Shown: in pieces, positions 1-19,912 of the stretch
Layout of the letters: each line of letters opens with the position of its first letter
Position numbering within the stretch: the stretch's first letter is position 1
Source of the DNA: the human T2T-CHM13v2.0 reference genome, Homo sapiens
Length of the DNA stretch: 64,000 bases
Strand: one strand, 5' to 3'
Assembly: GCF_009914755.1 (NCBI RefSeq)
Contig: NC_060926.1
Made by a program: the position numbers and the translations under genes
Notes under the pieces: generated by a model
Databases searched by the model: none
The model's input: the letters and a program-made list of their open reading frames with translations, nothing else
Told to the model about the DNA's origin: nothing

Positions 1-1083
1 ATTCAGTTTAAGCTTGGCAACATTTGCTATGGTACTGTGTAGGGAATGACTTGGAGAATAAGAATAGATGAAGGAAGATCGGGTATTCCAGAATTCAGAA
101 ATTCAGGAAAGATATGGTAGATTAATCTAAAATGGTAGTAGAGAACAAATTGTGAATTCAAGACAAATTTACGAAAGCAAACTGAAAATACTGGTGTATG
201 ATTCAACATAGGTGGGAAATAGATAATGGACACCCAGTTTTCTGGTTTTTATAACTGAAGGGAAGGAGTTGACTGACTGAGGTAGGATATACTGGAGATG
301 ACCAGGATGAGAAGGATGGATGAGCACTGCTGGGAGTTTGAGATCCATAAGTTTGGTTTCTGCCACCTTGCTGTACCCCCATTCCCTGCCAGAACTCCTC
401 CACAGGATCCTGGAAACCAAGTGGCATCCCAGGAAAGTGTGAACACATATGCTTAATTTTCTAAATTAAATTCCGCTTACATTTTCCAATTATATATGCA
501 TAGTTTAAGCCATTTTTTAAAAAGTTCTATCTTTTAGAAAGTTATTTTTCCCCCTAAATAATGGAATGGAATGCTGATAAAATTAAAAGTTCCCTTCACT
601 TAATCTGTTTCCACATACATTGTGTTTTGTTTATTACCTGAATTTGAGAGATAAATAATAAAATAATTTCAACAAATTTTAAGCAAATTATTGATGAAGA
701 CACTTCAATTTCTGATAAGATAGCATGTCCCGCAGAGAAGGAAAGGAAAAATCATCTAGATATGAATTTTTTCGGGAGGAATTAAGAGATTACGAGGGAA
801 CTCCTGTTTCCATGGTGACAACTACATTCGTATTACGTCTTCCAAGAAGACAGGTGCATTTTGATTTACAAGATTGAAAACATTAGTAGCATAATATATG
901 AAATTATCAAAAAGTATACCATTTCTGTCCTGCAAGCTGTAATGCAAATGGTTACAGTCTCTTTTTTAAGTTTTTGACTCAGTATGTTTTTACTCAATGC
1001 TAATGTAACTTTCATTAGTAAAAGAAAACTTGTTGGAACATTTTTAAAGAAATATTAGGATTTTCTGCAATACAAAATTTCAT

Positions 1084-1422
1084 TGTTATGGTTCAAATGT
1101 TTTTCTCCTCCACAATTCATGTTGAGATTTAATTGTCAATATAATAATATTAGGAGGAAGGGCCTTTAAGAGGTGATTAGGCCATAAGAGCTCCACCCTC
1201 ACTGGCAGGTTTAATGCCTTAATAAAAGGGCTTTTCCTAGTGGACTCTCTCTCTCTCTTTGTCCTTCTGTCATGTGAAAGTGAAGAAACAGGCCCTCACC
1301 AGAGGCTGGCCCTGTGATATTGAACTTTCCAGCCTCCAGAACTATGAGCCAACAAGCTATATTCATTGTAAATTACCTAGTCTGTGATATTCTGTTATAA
1401 CAGGATAAAACAGACCAAGACA
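1084..1422 (+). mobile_element. MaLR solo LTR (MST/MLT1A-like)
   Basis: Starts tgttatggtt, contains gggcctttaagaggtgattagg and ttccagcctccagaactatgag, ends caagaca; TSD-like flanks ttcat/gtcat. Confidence 0.85.
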
Positions 1423-1929
1423 GTCATAAAAAGTCAACTCATTTTCTAATAATATGAACATTTATTTTGAAACAATTCTTAAAGATTAATTTAGATGTTT
1501 GACCTAAATAATCTCTCTGGATTTCAGTTTTCTCATGGGCAGAATAGAAGTAATATTATCTACTTCAAGAAGTTATTTAATAATAGTTAAATAAAATAAT
1601 AAATGTATATGAGTTCTATAATACTAAGGTGATCATATAATTTATTATCCAAAGTTTGACCTTTTGAGTAAATTGGAGTGGTAAAAATAATTTTAAAGTG
1701 CATATTTATTTAAACTATTTAATAGCAAATTGCTATATTTTATTGGTAGACATAAATTATAAAAATATAAAAATTACATAATTCTATGAACATTAACAAA
1801 GTATTTAATTGATTATTGTAATATCAAATATAACTTCAGGGAAATAATTATCCTGGGCACTCAGTCAAGTTCTTTACACAATATCTAGACTATATCTGCT
1901 TCCAACACATTATTACTATTGTTTAATGA

Positions 1930-2322
<393 letters not shown>

Positions 2323-2939
2323 TGAGAGCAGTGTCTCTTAAACAGCTATTTACTACTTTGCTTAAACAGGCGTTATCTCTTAAAGGCTACCTAATTATAT
2401 ATACTGACCACAGTGCCTGAAACACTGTACCTGCCTCATCTCCTTTGTTCACATGGCTATTCACCCTCCTGCTCCAAGTACAGTCTTAGATTTAACTTCT
2501 TCCAGCAAGTCTCCTCTGAATCCCCGAATTGGGGTAAAATCCTCTGTGCTCCAAATGCTCCCTTCATGTTTTCTATTATGACACATATCCTTCAGCAGTG
2601 CACATCTCTTTACATGTATGTAGTAGATAGATAATGATGTTAGTGCCTGTCAAGTAGGAAAGGACCTAGGAATTAGTTATATCCTCCAATCCTCACCTAT
2701 AATTTTAGTGGGGACAGCCTATTATAACGCGCTTTCTTCAATTCTCCATATGAACCCTCTGCGTTCCCTGCAAAATACCTGTGCTAATCTGTCAGAAAAA
2801 GGGTATTTGAATCAAGGTCAGTCCTAGTCTTTTTCTAGAAATTTTGGTGCTGCAACTGAGAAAGAGATGCCACACTCTTTGAAGTACCTAAAGTGGAAGG
2901 AGTAAGGCATGAGAAATGTTTGAAGTCATTTTTTCTGTC

Positions 2940-3290
2940 TGCTGTGGTCTGAGTGTTTGCGTCCCCCAAAATTCATAGGTTGAAACTCAATCACCATTAC
3001 AACGTATATTAAGAGGTGAAGCTTTTAGATTATCAAGACACTGCCCTAATAGGGATTAATGGCCTTAGAAAAAAAGGCTCATGGGAGCTTGTTTGCCGCC
3101 CCCACACACACAGCGTGAGGACATATAGAAGGTGCCATCTATGAGGGACAAGCCTCATAGGGACAGCAAATATGCTGGCACCTTGGTCTTAGACTTTCCA
3201 GCCTCCAGAATTGTAAGCAATAAATTTTTGTTGTTTATAAATTACACAGTCTAAGGTATTTTGTTGTAGCGGTCCTAACGAATTAAGATA
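2940..3290 (+). mobile_element. MaLR solo LTR (MST/MLT1A-like)
   Basis: Start tgctgtggtctgagtg..cccccaaaattca; gactttccagcctccagaattgtaagcaataaa motif. Confidence 0.85.
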
Positions 3291-3815
3291 CTATTATTTA
3301 GAGCTAAAAACCTGGGGATGCCAATCTGTTAAAAAAAAAAAAAATCAACCCATCCATCAACTCTCTTTGTCTCTGAAAAGAACATCCTTGGTGTGCTATT
3401 GGTTAAAAGTACCTCTAGCTGCTATGAGACTCATCCATGTTTCTAAACATAGATTATTTGATACTCTTAAGTATCAATATAACACATATCCTTTGTGTTT
3501 AAATTAAACCAAGTCAGATTTCTGGGCCTTACCATCAAAGAGATATTAACTTTTATGTAGTCTGTCTCTATCATTGAAGTATCAACTCTTGATCAGGACA
3601 GGAACCCCAGAACCGAGTACTATGCCTGGTATATAAGAGGTTATCAATAACCACTTATTAAATGAATAAACACATGGGACTATGATGAAAATTGCAAGCA
3701 CACTATCCAGCCAACTAGGCCTCAGTACTGTGCTTACTGGTAGGAATCCCCACTGCCTAATGCCCTGTGAACCTATTTTCCAGAAGAGCTTTGGGCATTA
3801 GGACTCCTAGTGCTA

Positions 3816-4800
3816 CAGCAAAAGAAACTACTATCAGAGCAAACAGACAACCTAAAGAATGAAAGAAAATTTTTGCAATCTATCCATCTGACAAAGGTCT
3901 AATATCCAGAGTCTACAAGGAACTTAAACAAATTTGCAGGAAAAAAGCCAACAATTCCATTAAAAAGTGGGCAAAGGACATGAACAGATACTTCTCAAAA
4001 GACATTTATGCAGCCAACAAGCATAGGAAAAAAAAAATCTCAACATTACTGATCATTAGAGAAATGCAAATCAATACCACAATGAGATACCATCTCATGT
4101 CAGTCAGAATGGCAACTATTAAAAGTCAGGAAACAACAGATGCTGGCAAGGTTGCAAAGAAATAGGAAAGCTTTTAAACTGTTGGTGGGAACATAAATTA
4201 GTTCAACTATTCTAGAAGACAGTGTGGCAATTCCTCAAAGATCTAGAATCAGAAATACCATTTGACCCCCCCTATCCCATTACTGGGTATATACCCAAAG
4301 GAATAGAAATCATTCTATTATAAAGACACATGCACATTATGTTCACTGTAGCACTATTCATAATAGTAAAGACATGGAATCAGCCCAAATGCCCACCAAT
4401 GAGAAAATGTGGTACATATACACCATGGAATACTATGCAGCCATAAAAAAGATGAGTTCATGTCCTTTGCAGGGAGATGGATGGAGCTAGAAGCCATTAT
4501 CCTCAGCAAACTAATGCAGGAACAGAAAACCAAATACCTCATGTTCTCACTTATAAGTGGAAGCTGAATGATGAAAACACATGGACACAGGGTGGAGAAC
4601 AACACACACTGGGGTTTGTTGGATGGGGTGGTGGGGATAGGGAGAGTATAAGGAAAAATAGGTAATACATGCTGAGTTTAATATCTAGGTGATGTGTTGA
4701 TAGATGCAGCAAATCACTATGGCACACATTTTCCTATTTAACAAACCTGCACATCCTGCACATACACCCCAGAACTTAAAATGAAAAATAAAAAAAATAA
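3816..4800 (+). mobile_element. 5'-truncated L1PA (older primate subfamily): ORF2 3' end, 3'UTR and poly(A)
   Basis: ORF2 C-terminal remnant ([16 protein letters not shown]), L1 3'UTR, A tail; 16-bp TSD aggactcctagtgcta (3800-3815) / agaactcctaatgcta (4801-4816). Confidence 0.95.
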
Positions 4801-5583
4801 AGAACTCCTAATGCTAGCTCCCACACCATAGAAATCCATTATAAAGATTTATCACCCAAATACATTAAACTAATTACATATCATTCAAGTCTAACTCTGA
4901 TATTAGATGGGTTGCAAGCATACAGAAAAGCTCAAAGACTCCCCATGGATGTTATAATAGTGTTAATTTATTTACAATCAAGGCTAAAGGAAACAAATTT
5001 CAGGGATGATGGTGCAGAAATAAAGATAAACCTGGTGAATATTTTGCCACAGATTGGAGACAGAAATAAGATACATTGCCCTCAACAACTACTATGGGGA
5101 ATACATGGTTACAGTAAAACAAAATGACTTTAGATACTAAAGAGCTTGGTAAAAGGACAAGAAAGAGGTTCAGAACCCACCACCCGCCAAAGAAAAGTAG
5201 AACAATAATGGCTCTTCTTTAGTTAATAACTACAGTTTTTAACAAGGAAAATGAAAGAAGAATCATACAAGAATACACATGGAAAAGAGAAGAGAGGGAC
5301 AGAGAAGAATGAGGAAGAAAAGGAAAGTACATAGGAATAAGTCTGATGGAATCAAGTAAAAAATATGCATTACTGAGAACAAGAAATTCAAAATCTGATA
5401 TTGTGTGCTTAGTGCGGATTAGCTAGTCACTTCAGATAATTTCATTTGGTACCTATTTAAATAACTCAAAATATTCTCCTAGTGTCTTAGGATTGATTTT
5501 TATTTAAATTATTTAGCATTATCATTGTAGTTAAATAACATAGTCACTTATGCTCAAACGCATGTGATAAAACTGCTTTACAG

Positions 5584-5938
<355 letters not shown>

Positions 5939-6376
5939 TCAAATGATTTTTTGTAAGAGACATTCTCTCTCCCATCTCCTTCTTTTTTTTGTTACTTTTA
6001 TCTTCTCCAATATTACTGGGGCTTTCTCTTGTTCTAATTTGGATCTACATGTACTACTGTGTACAAATTAGCCTTATAAGACAAATATTTTATTATTACA
6101 AGGTTGGTAAGGTCTTAATAATTGTTGCAAACAAGATGTGCTAATAGAAAAAACAAATTTTGTATCTGCCAGTAAAATCAGTGAGAAGTTATACTGTTTT
6201 AAAGGAAATAAACTGGAAGGGAGAATTATAACTTTCACATAGCTAGGAGCTAATAAACAAACAAACCACAACAAGAACAGAAGCTAAATAAAATTCATAC
6301 TTAAAAATAAATAAGCAAAACACTAAGAAATTTCCAGGGGAAAGTAATTATTGATTGGCTAAGTACAGCCAAAGAA

Positions 6377-6556
6377 ATATATATATACACATATATATAT
6401 GTATATGAATATATATATACACGTATATATGTATATGAATATATATATACACTATATATGTATATGAATATATATACACGTATATATATGTATATGAATA
6501 TATATATACACATATATATGTATACACATATATATACGTGTACATATATATATATT
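6377..6556. repeat. TA-rich micro/minisatellite (~30-bp higher-order unit tatatatgtatatgaatatatatatacac)
   Basis: Directly visible repeated units. Confidence 0.9.
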
Positions 6557-7999
6557 CTGGTATATTGAATATGCACTAGTAGCTCATTAATTTAATATAT
6601 TGAATGAAATTTTCAAAAATATAGTAAAATTACCTTGTAGGGTTCACTGAAATTACCTGAAGAGCCTTAACTCATATGACAAGATTGGTTAGCCTACTCA
6701 AATCCATAGCAAAGCTCTTTGACTCTTTTTGTACTGCTTGGTAGGATTCAAATAATATATGCTGAGACTTATGGTTCCATATTCCTTTGGTGGGTTTTAT
6801 TGAAATGAGTTCTATTTATAATAAAAATAATAAAAATCATAGAGCTTAAGAAAATAAAGAGAAATAAAAAACCTTCTGGGCTTCATACATGTGTATATAT
6901 ATGATCGAATGTATTTTTTTTTTACCAGATAGGCGAGATGTCTTTAAACCAAAATCTGACATGTTGGTGTTTATAACTAATGTTTCTTAAATCTAAAAAA
7001 TGAATTCATGACTGCACTTTAAAACCATCTCTGCGGTGTTCACAGAGGCCATCTCCACTGCAACATTATTTCTGAATTTTTTATTTGCTGCCATGGGCTG
7101 TTCACATTTTCTCCATCCATTTATTATTCCCAGATAGCTTTCTTCAGTAAATTGAAGAGATTGTAAAAAAATTAAAAAAAAATTTAAAAAAAAAAAAAAG
7201 AAAAAGAAAATCTCTAGTTATGAATGTCTAGGTTTGCAGTTACCTAAACTTTTCTGAAAAGCTAAGAAAATTGGGAAAGAATGTAGAATTTTTCTCTAGG
7301 AATGACATTAAAGATACAGACTGGTTTTTATGTGCCAGCTGGTCAATGCTTTCATGCCACCCTGTTAAGATGTCAAAACTATTTACAAGAGTTATCTCAG
7401 AATCTTCTTAGATTTTGGCCAAATTGACCTTTAAAATTCTCTCCTTTACCCAGTTACTCTCTCATCATAGACAGAGCTACTATTCAGTCAAGCAATGGTC
7501 TTTGGAGGCTGTGCAAGACAGGGCCTGAGAATGGCCAAGGTAATAGTCATGCCTCTATTGGCACATCTGCTTTTCCTTTCAGGAGCACTCACTGTCCTCA
7601 CATTTTTCTCATCCACCTTTGGTTTCATGGTAATCATTTTAATAACAGTCTTTGCCAACATTGTAAACTGTCTTCTTACTTTAGGGATTTTTATCCAACT
7701 TGTCTCGGGGGAAAATCCCGTCTTTCAGGAATCCCTTTTCTTCATTTATACGCCTGAGTAGGCATCGTTCCTAGAAACAGATCAGAGTGATTCCACTATG
7801 AATTCATTATCCCTGACTTGTACTGGGATCTCCACGAGGCTCATGTCTAGGTCCCCCACTGCCCTCATTCTGTAACTTCTCATCAGGTGATTTTATCTCT
7901 GCCTATCACTTCAACTGTTACCTATAACTAGATTGTTCTTACATTTACATCTCCCGCTCAGTCTTATCCTCCTAGCACTAAACTGGCATATTGAACTGT

Positions 8000-8860
8000 G
8001 TAAGACAAAGTCTCAGGGGCACCTCTAAAGCATGCTATATACAACTGAACTCAGGTTATCTCTCCTAATCAATAAAGTGCTTCATTTTTCCTCTATTTTA
8101 GACAAAGGCAATACTACCTATTCAGTTATAATAATAATAATTGTAGGAGTCATGCTTAATACCTCCTTTCCATTATCAAGTCCAGTTGCAAGAATATGTG
8201 TATATTTGTTTGTGTAATTGTGTGTATACACATACAGTCCCAACTTCTATTCTGGCACCCTTCAAACTGTTCTCACTGCATACAGACAAAGTGATAGTTT
8301 CCAAATACAAATCTGATCATTTATTTGCTTAAACCCCTTCAATAACTTTCCATTGCTGTTAGGAGAAAGATCAAAATCCCTAACATGATCTCTAATGGTT
8401 TGTGTAGTCTAAACTTTATTTTCCAGCATCATGTCACATTTCTCTGCTGCTTCTCATTTGCCAAAACCTATACTTTGCTGGGAGTTCATTGGCCTGATGC
8501 TTCATATACTCTGTTCCCTCTCATTGGAGTGCCCTTTTCTCCCCTCTTCACTGAAGTAATTACAACTTATTCTTCTTTATATTAGCTCAAGTGTCAATTC
8601 CTTGAGAGCTTTCCCTGTCTACCCAGCTGGCTTTCATTCCCCATCACAAGCTTTCATAGTACCAGATAACTCTCTTTATCACACTTACCACTCTTAAAAA
8701 ATGACTTTTATTTTTCTGTCTCCCCACTAGACTCTAAGTTCCAAGGCAGCAGGAGATACATCCTCTTTATACAGTATCAATTTTATCCCTAATCCCTCTC
8801 ATAGTGTTTAGCTAACATGTCTACAAGTTATGGGAGTCAGTAAGTGAATGAGTGGTTGTA
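8000..8860 (+). mobile_element. L2 (LINE2) 3' remnant; boundaries approximate
   Basis: Degenerate L2 motifs: aaatctgatcat..cttaaaccccttcaat, tctccccactagactctaagttcc, aagtgaatgagtg end. Confidence 0.6.
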
Positions 8861-9580
8861 CTTGTGTGTATAAATAGGTAAGAAATTGTTGAAGCTAAAG
8901 GCAGAGGTGTAGTAAGAAAGCACCTTTGTGTTTTGAAATTATTATCCACTAATATTTGCTAAAGGCTTGCACGGGGTCAGGCATTTTTCTAAAGATTTTA
9001 CATTCATTAATTAATGCATTATCTAATTTTCCCCATTTTTCTTAAGAGAAACTGAATCTCCAACAGAAGTGGGGTCACAAATTCAAATTCAAGCTTGTCT
9101 GATTTCTGAGCCTGAGGCCTTATTTCCTCCCAATCTCACAAGTCTAGCTGAATCTGATCTTCTCCAGGGAGCTGTTTCTGATTTTGCCCATAAGAATTAG
9201 TGAATGTTTGGCCTTCACTCTGATAACTCAAGCTAGTAGTGTTATATAACACTTATTTATTTTTCACTTTCATTATGTTTAGTTGTTTATGTCTTATTTT
9301 TCTTCTTGAAGCAGTTAGCAAGACATACAGTTTACAGGACACAAGACTTACAAGTTACAAGACAATACAGAGAGGATTCCCAGTGTCTAGAACTGTGATT
9401 GAGATATGGCGGAGGGGCAAAAACATTAAAATGTCATAGAACATGCTCATCAAATTAGGACTGGCTGTGAAAAAATAATAGTTCCTAAAGAAATCTAGCT
9501 TCCAGAATTCAAATGTCAGAAAATTAACATTCAGTCAGAATGGGATATGGCTTAGACATTATGCTTTAAGAAGTTCTTCA

Positions 9581-9910
<330 letters not shown>

Positions 9911-10314
9911 AAGTTCTTCAGCTGATTCTAAGTGTAGTAAGTTTAGGAAAGTCAGTGAAATTTAAAACAGGAGTCTAGCAGCCCTGAGAGTTAGAGTCCA
10001 TCACATGAGGCTACCATGTCAGTGTGTCCCTGAATCATTATAAAATTTTGCATAGACTAGAAAGAGTGACAGAGAGGCAACTGAGAACTGTCTATTTTAG
10101 AGTCCAGGAACTTTGTTTCCCACCATTTAATGTACTCCCTGTGACATTCGTAAATTAAGGAGCCTAACCTCAAATCACAGATGGAACTAAAAGTAATATA
10201 AAATTTTTATTAATATAATTTACTTCCAAAATTTGAAATTATTCTACAAATAATATCTAAATGTGCATTCTCTCTTTAAACAGTGTCCTTTAAAAATTCA
10301 AAGGCTAGTTATCA

Positions 10315-14546
<4,232 letters not shown>

Positions 14547-16193
14547 TCAATAGAAAAAATATTTTTTCTTTACATTCTCTATTGGCTGTGACTAGAATTT
14601 CAGACTTGGACTGTTATTTTTTGTAGGTTTTTAAAATGTTTAAATGCCAAGGATTTCTACATTTTTATCCCCTAATAAGCCTCCAAGTTTAAAAATCAGA
14701 TTCTGAGGGCAGATGTAAAAGGCTGAGGTATCACTGTGTTCAAGAATTCCATAAATGTTCTTTCATTTCTCTTCTTTTACTTCAATTTTTTTCCATTATT
14801 TTTTAAAAGAAAATACTTCAGAGAGGTGGTGAGGCAGAGTTATCATCTATTCCTAATACAAATTTTACTGGGCATGCGTTTTTAAACAAGGCCATTAATG
14901 TCTTAAGGTTCAGATTCAACTAATGCAACAGTACTCATTGAGGTTGACTTTACGTAACTAAAATAAGAAACTGTTTATTTGCTTGATTACTTACCTATTT
15001 TATTATAAGAGACTGGGGGTGATTTTTTTCCCTCCCAAAGCATACTGTGAACATTTATAGAACAGAAGACTCTGAAAAGCAGAATATCCATCATTCTGAC
15101 AAGTTCTAAACCCACAACATGTTTTCTGGTGAACATTTAAAGATCACCCTGTCTGTAAGAGTTAACAATTCTATAATGCTTCTTGCTAAAAGAATATCCT
15201 TATTAAATTTACAACAGAGTAATCACATTTTAAACCCATCAGTCCATTTTCCCTACTGGCTTCATCAGAGGACCTTTCACCCCTGACCCCCGCCCTCACC
15301 CCCAGGTGATAAGGTGGCAACCCCACTACCTTATCTTTATTAATTTTGGTCCAGCATAATTAATGTTAATTGACTCCTAGATTTCATTCTTACAGCAACT
15401 GAAAATGTGAACTGAACCCCATATTTTAGCAAATGGTGACTGCAGAAGCTATTTATTGGTGATTCAAAAAAAAATATAGTTTATTCCTCACTTGGAATCT
15501 CCAGATTAAAAAACAATACATTTGGAGATTGCTGGATATAAGAAAAGAGAGCCATATAATAGATTGTATCATTGCTTCTGTATGATGACATTTCTCAAGC
15601 AAAATTCCTAGAAAAGTGGGTTTGTGCGCAGCATTTCACTTTTACTGATCTGTTACAAACTGCTTTTCTTTCACACCCTCACTTTTTTGTCTTTTAAAAT
15701 ATTATTGTATTTCGAACAAACCAACACATCTTTTTCTTCCTTAATCAGAACGACTAATACCTGTCTTATTCACTCACAATTCTAGGATTTATGAACGTCC
15801 ACAAAGAATTTGTTGCATTTTACCTGAACTTTAAACTCCCACTTAAAATATGCTGGCCTTTGGTAAATGCAATTTTTTTTCCCCAGAGAGTTATGTTAAT
15901 AGAATATTATTTGAAATTCTTCTAAGTACAAGAAAAAAATATTTGATCATTCCTATATTTATAGCTACAATTTTACCTCTAAACATCAGAAGAACAAAAT
16001 AAAAAGTGGCCTGGGTGTGTATGTGGAATCTAGTTGCCTCCCAGACACATGGGACAGGGCAGGCTATGGCAAATCCAATTGAGAGCTCTGGAGTTGAGAT
16101 TAACAAAAGTTATAGGGAAAAGTCAGTTTTTACAAAGAGATTCATATACGATTAATAATGTAGGATCCATACACAATAGAGTCTTTGGTATGA

Positions 16194-16737
<544 letters not shown>

Positions 16738-16849
16738 TAAATGGTCAAGTATAACATATGGCTGAATACTGATTAGTCATAAAGCATTCTCATTAGTTAA
16801 GTCCCAATGTAATATTTCACAAGGTTACTCACAGTCTATCACTGTTCCT

Positions 16850-16851
<2 letters not shown>

Positions 16852-16888
<37 letters not shown>
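16852..16888. repeat. Pure poly(T), 37 nt
   Basis: Homopolymer run. Confidence 0.95.
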
Positions 16889-16889
<1 letters not shown>

Positions 16890-17499
16890 GTAATTTAATT
16901 GTTTGTTTTGTGCAGCAACTACATCTGGGGATCTCGGGATATCTACTCCTTCAAAGACAAAAACCACAAAATTTAAATCTAGGATTGTTGGTTACCTTAG
17001 ATTTGAGCAATAAACTAAATATGATGCCAAAATTTGTTAGTGATATATGAGGTAAACAGGGTTGCTGTTACAAATTCTACTCATTCTGTATCACACAAGA
17101 GAAACAAAATCCAACATCAACAATCATATGTATATCTGTATCTGGGCATGTCTATGCATATGTACACACACACACATACACATGCGTATACTTATATATT
17201 GCTGTGTGTCTTTATTTATATTTAAACTTGTTGAATAACAATGTAAACACCAGCAATCAACAGACACAGCAAATGTAGTTTCTAGAAGTCTGATGTAAGT
17301 ATGTGTTGTGTGTTAACAAGGCAGTATTCTTTGATTCTGTGTCCTACAACTTCATATTTATTCATACATTTCTCTTTCTTTATTACATATAGGTTAGAGT
17401 ATCACTCTTCATTATTACTAATAGTGAGTAGTTTCCAGATAGCCTGTGATTTCCCAGGGCATCTTGGCAGGAAAGTCAGTAATAAGAAAGTCACCAACT

Positions 17500-17805
<306 letters not shown>

Positions 17806-17891
17806 GTCATCAACTGATTCGAAGTCAAGTCCAACCATGAGTCAATGACAAGAGTCAAAAACAACAGCAACAAAAATTTAAACTTCTAAAC

Positions 17892-18410
17892 TGAGGAGAG
17901 AGCAAAGATTACCTGGTGGCCATCAAGTAGACCATTTGGAGGCAAAGCCCCTTATCTAAGAAATTCGGAAGTAATTAAACTTCCCTATCATCTAAAGCCA
18001 CATCTGGTATCCAGCTTCTTTCTCAAGAATTTATAAGTAATTAGAATTTCTATTCATCTCCTGAATGTGAGCATGTCAAAACTCATTGTGCAATCTTGCT
18101 GACATCAAGGCACTAAAATATCTACAAATGTAATCATCTACCATGACCTATGTGACTAATGTTACCTCTAAGTTCAGAACTATATGACTAATGTTACCTG
18201 TAAATTACCTCTAAATTCCCACTTTAAGGTGCATAAATGCCCCTAAGGAAAATCCACTGCAGCGCACTCAGTCCTCTCGTCCTGAAGCACCCTGCTGCAC
18301 TCTGCTGCAGCGTTCTTTCTAACAAAACTTTCCTTTTCAAACCTATACTGTTGTTGGTAAGTTCCTTTACCACCTACAAGCCAACAACTCTCTGCTGCTT
18401 AGGCTCTGAC
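17892..18410 (+). mobile_element. ERV1 solo LTR (MER39-like)
   Basis: Start tgaggagagagcaaagattacctggtggccatcaag; end gctctgaca; internal ~20-bp duplication ctat(g/a)tgactaatgttacct at 18148 and 18180. Confidence 0.75.
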
Positions 18411-18478
18411 ATGTTGCTGGGGATGAACTTTCAGTTCTACATAATATAAGCCCACAAATATTTTTTCAATAAAAATAA

Positions 18479-19183
18479 TGACGCAGGATTTTTCTCGGTC
18501 ACTTTGCCAACCAGGGACCTCTGGCCAGCAATGTCCCGACCCGGGCCTCGCTTGGCCACGCTGCCTGCTACAGGAGGCAGCCCACCTGCTTGGCCCACCT
18601 CGGCCACATCTAGCTTGTACACTGGCTCGGTCTGTGGCTGGGCCAAGCGTGACCAAGCACACCTGTGTTATAGCCCATACCCACGTTTGGTGGTTCCTGA
18701 GTTCTTGTTCTGCATCCAAGAATGAGGATACACTGACAATTGAAGGGTGGCAAGGACAGAGAAGAATTTTATTGAGCGATGGAACAGCTCGCAGCAGACA
18801 GGGGTCAGGAGGGTGGTCCCCCACCCGAAGTCTGGTGGTTTCTCTCAGTGTGGCTGAGATAAGTGCTTTTACGAGCTCAGAATAGGGGAGTGTGTGCTGA
18901 TTGGTTTGTGAGTATGCAAAAAAGGTTGAAACAAAGGCACCACTCAAAGGTGAGCACTATAATGTAAAAAACAATTAGGCAAGGATAGATATATGTAAAA
19001 TAGGTGAAGGGTGGGGATCAATCCGAGGAAGGTGTGCCAAACGGGAAGACAGCTTCACAATCCAGTCTGTTGATTTACCTAGGACTTGTAGCTAGGGTTT
19101 AAACTGTTTTTGCCTTGAAGGTGGTATTTCACTGGGTGTGTGCCCTGATCTGCCTAGGAGTTGTCTGCCTTCTACCACTCTCA
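18479..19183 (-). mobile_element. ERV1 solo LTR (MER61-like)
   Basis: TG..CA termini (minus strand tgagagtggtagaaggcagac..gaaaaatcctgcgtca); 4-bp TSD ataa; GC/CpG-rich. Confidence 0.85.
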
Positions 19184-19370
19184 ATAACAAAAATTGAAAT
19201 TGCACAAATCTTTCAATTACGGATGATGACAAAAACACTATTAAACATTAATGGAGCTTTGCCATTTTTAGAGGTTGGAGTTAAAGGCTGACCATGATAA
19301 TCCCTTTAAAGTAGCCACTACAATTAACTGCTACCTCTTATCCCACAAATTATAAAGTATCTTCCTATTA

Positions 19371-19664
<294 letters not shown>

Positions 19665-19740
19665 AAGTAGAGCATCTGAATCTATGTTTTAAAAGCTAGA
19701 TCTTTTCCTTCCAGGAATCCAAAACAGAAATCAAAATGTT

Positions 19741-19912
19741 TGGGGGAAGCGGGGAGGGACAGCCTTAGGAGCTATACCTAATGCTAAATGACAAGTTAAT
19801 GGGTGCAGCACACCAACATGGCACATGTATACATATGTAACAAACCTGCACATTGTGCACATGTACCCTAAAACTTAAAGTATAATAATAATAAAATTTA
19901 AAAAATAATAAT
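19741..19912 (+). mobile_element. Very short 3' stub of a young L1PA (L1PA3/4-like)
   Basis: atacctaatgctaaatgacaagttaatgggtgcagcacaccaacatggcacatg..aaagtataataataataaaa; TSD-like aaatcaaaatgttt / aattcaaagtgttt. Confidence 0.92.

Noticed and set aside
6301-6576. Tyr/Ile-rich ORFs
   Set aside because: Translation of a TA microsatellite
7165-7210. A-rich tract as the tail of a processed pseudogene
   Set aside because: No TSD, upstream poly(A) signal or recognisable mRNA-like body
7495-7761. 88-aa hydrophobic ORF resembling a membrane protein
   Set aside because: Hydrophobicity follows from T-rich composition; no family resemblance or gene structure
18399-18947. Longest ORF (182 aa) and the overlapping 135-aa ORF
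   Set aside because: Almost entirely within the GC-rich MER61-like LTR; stop-poor by composition, with no recognisable domain
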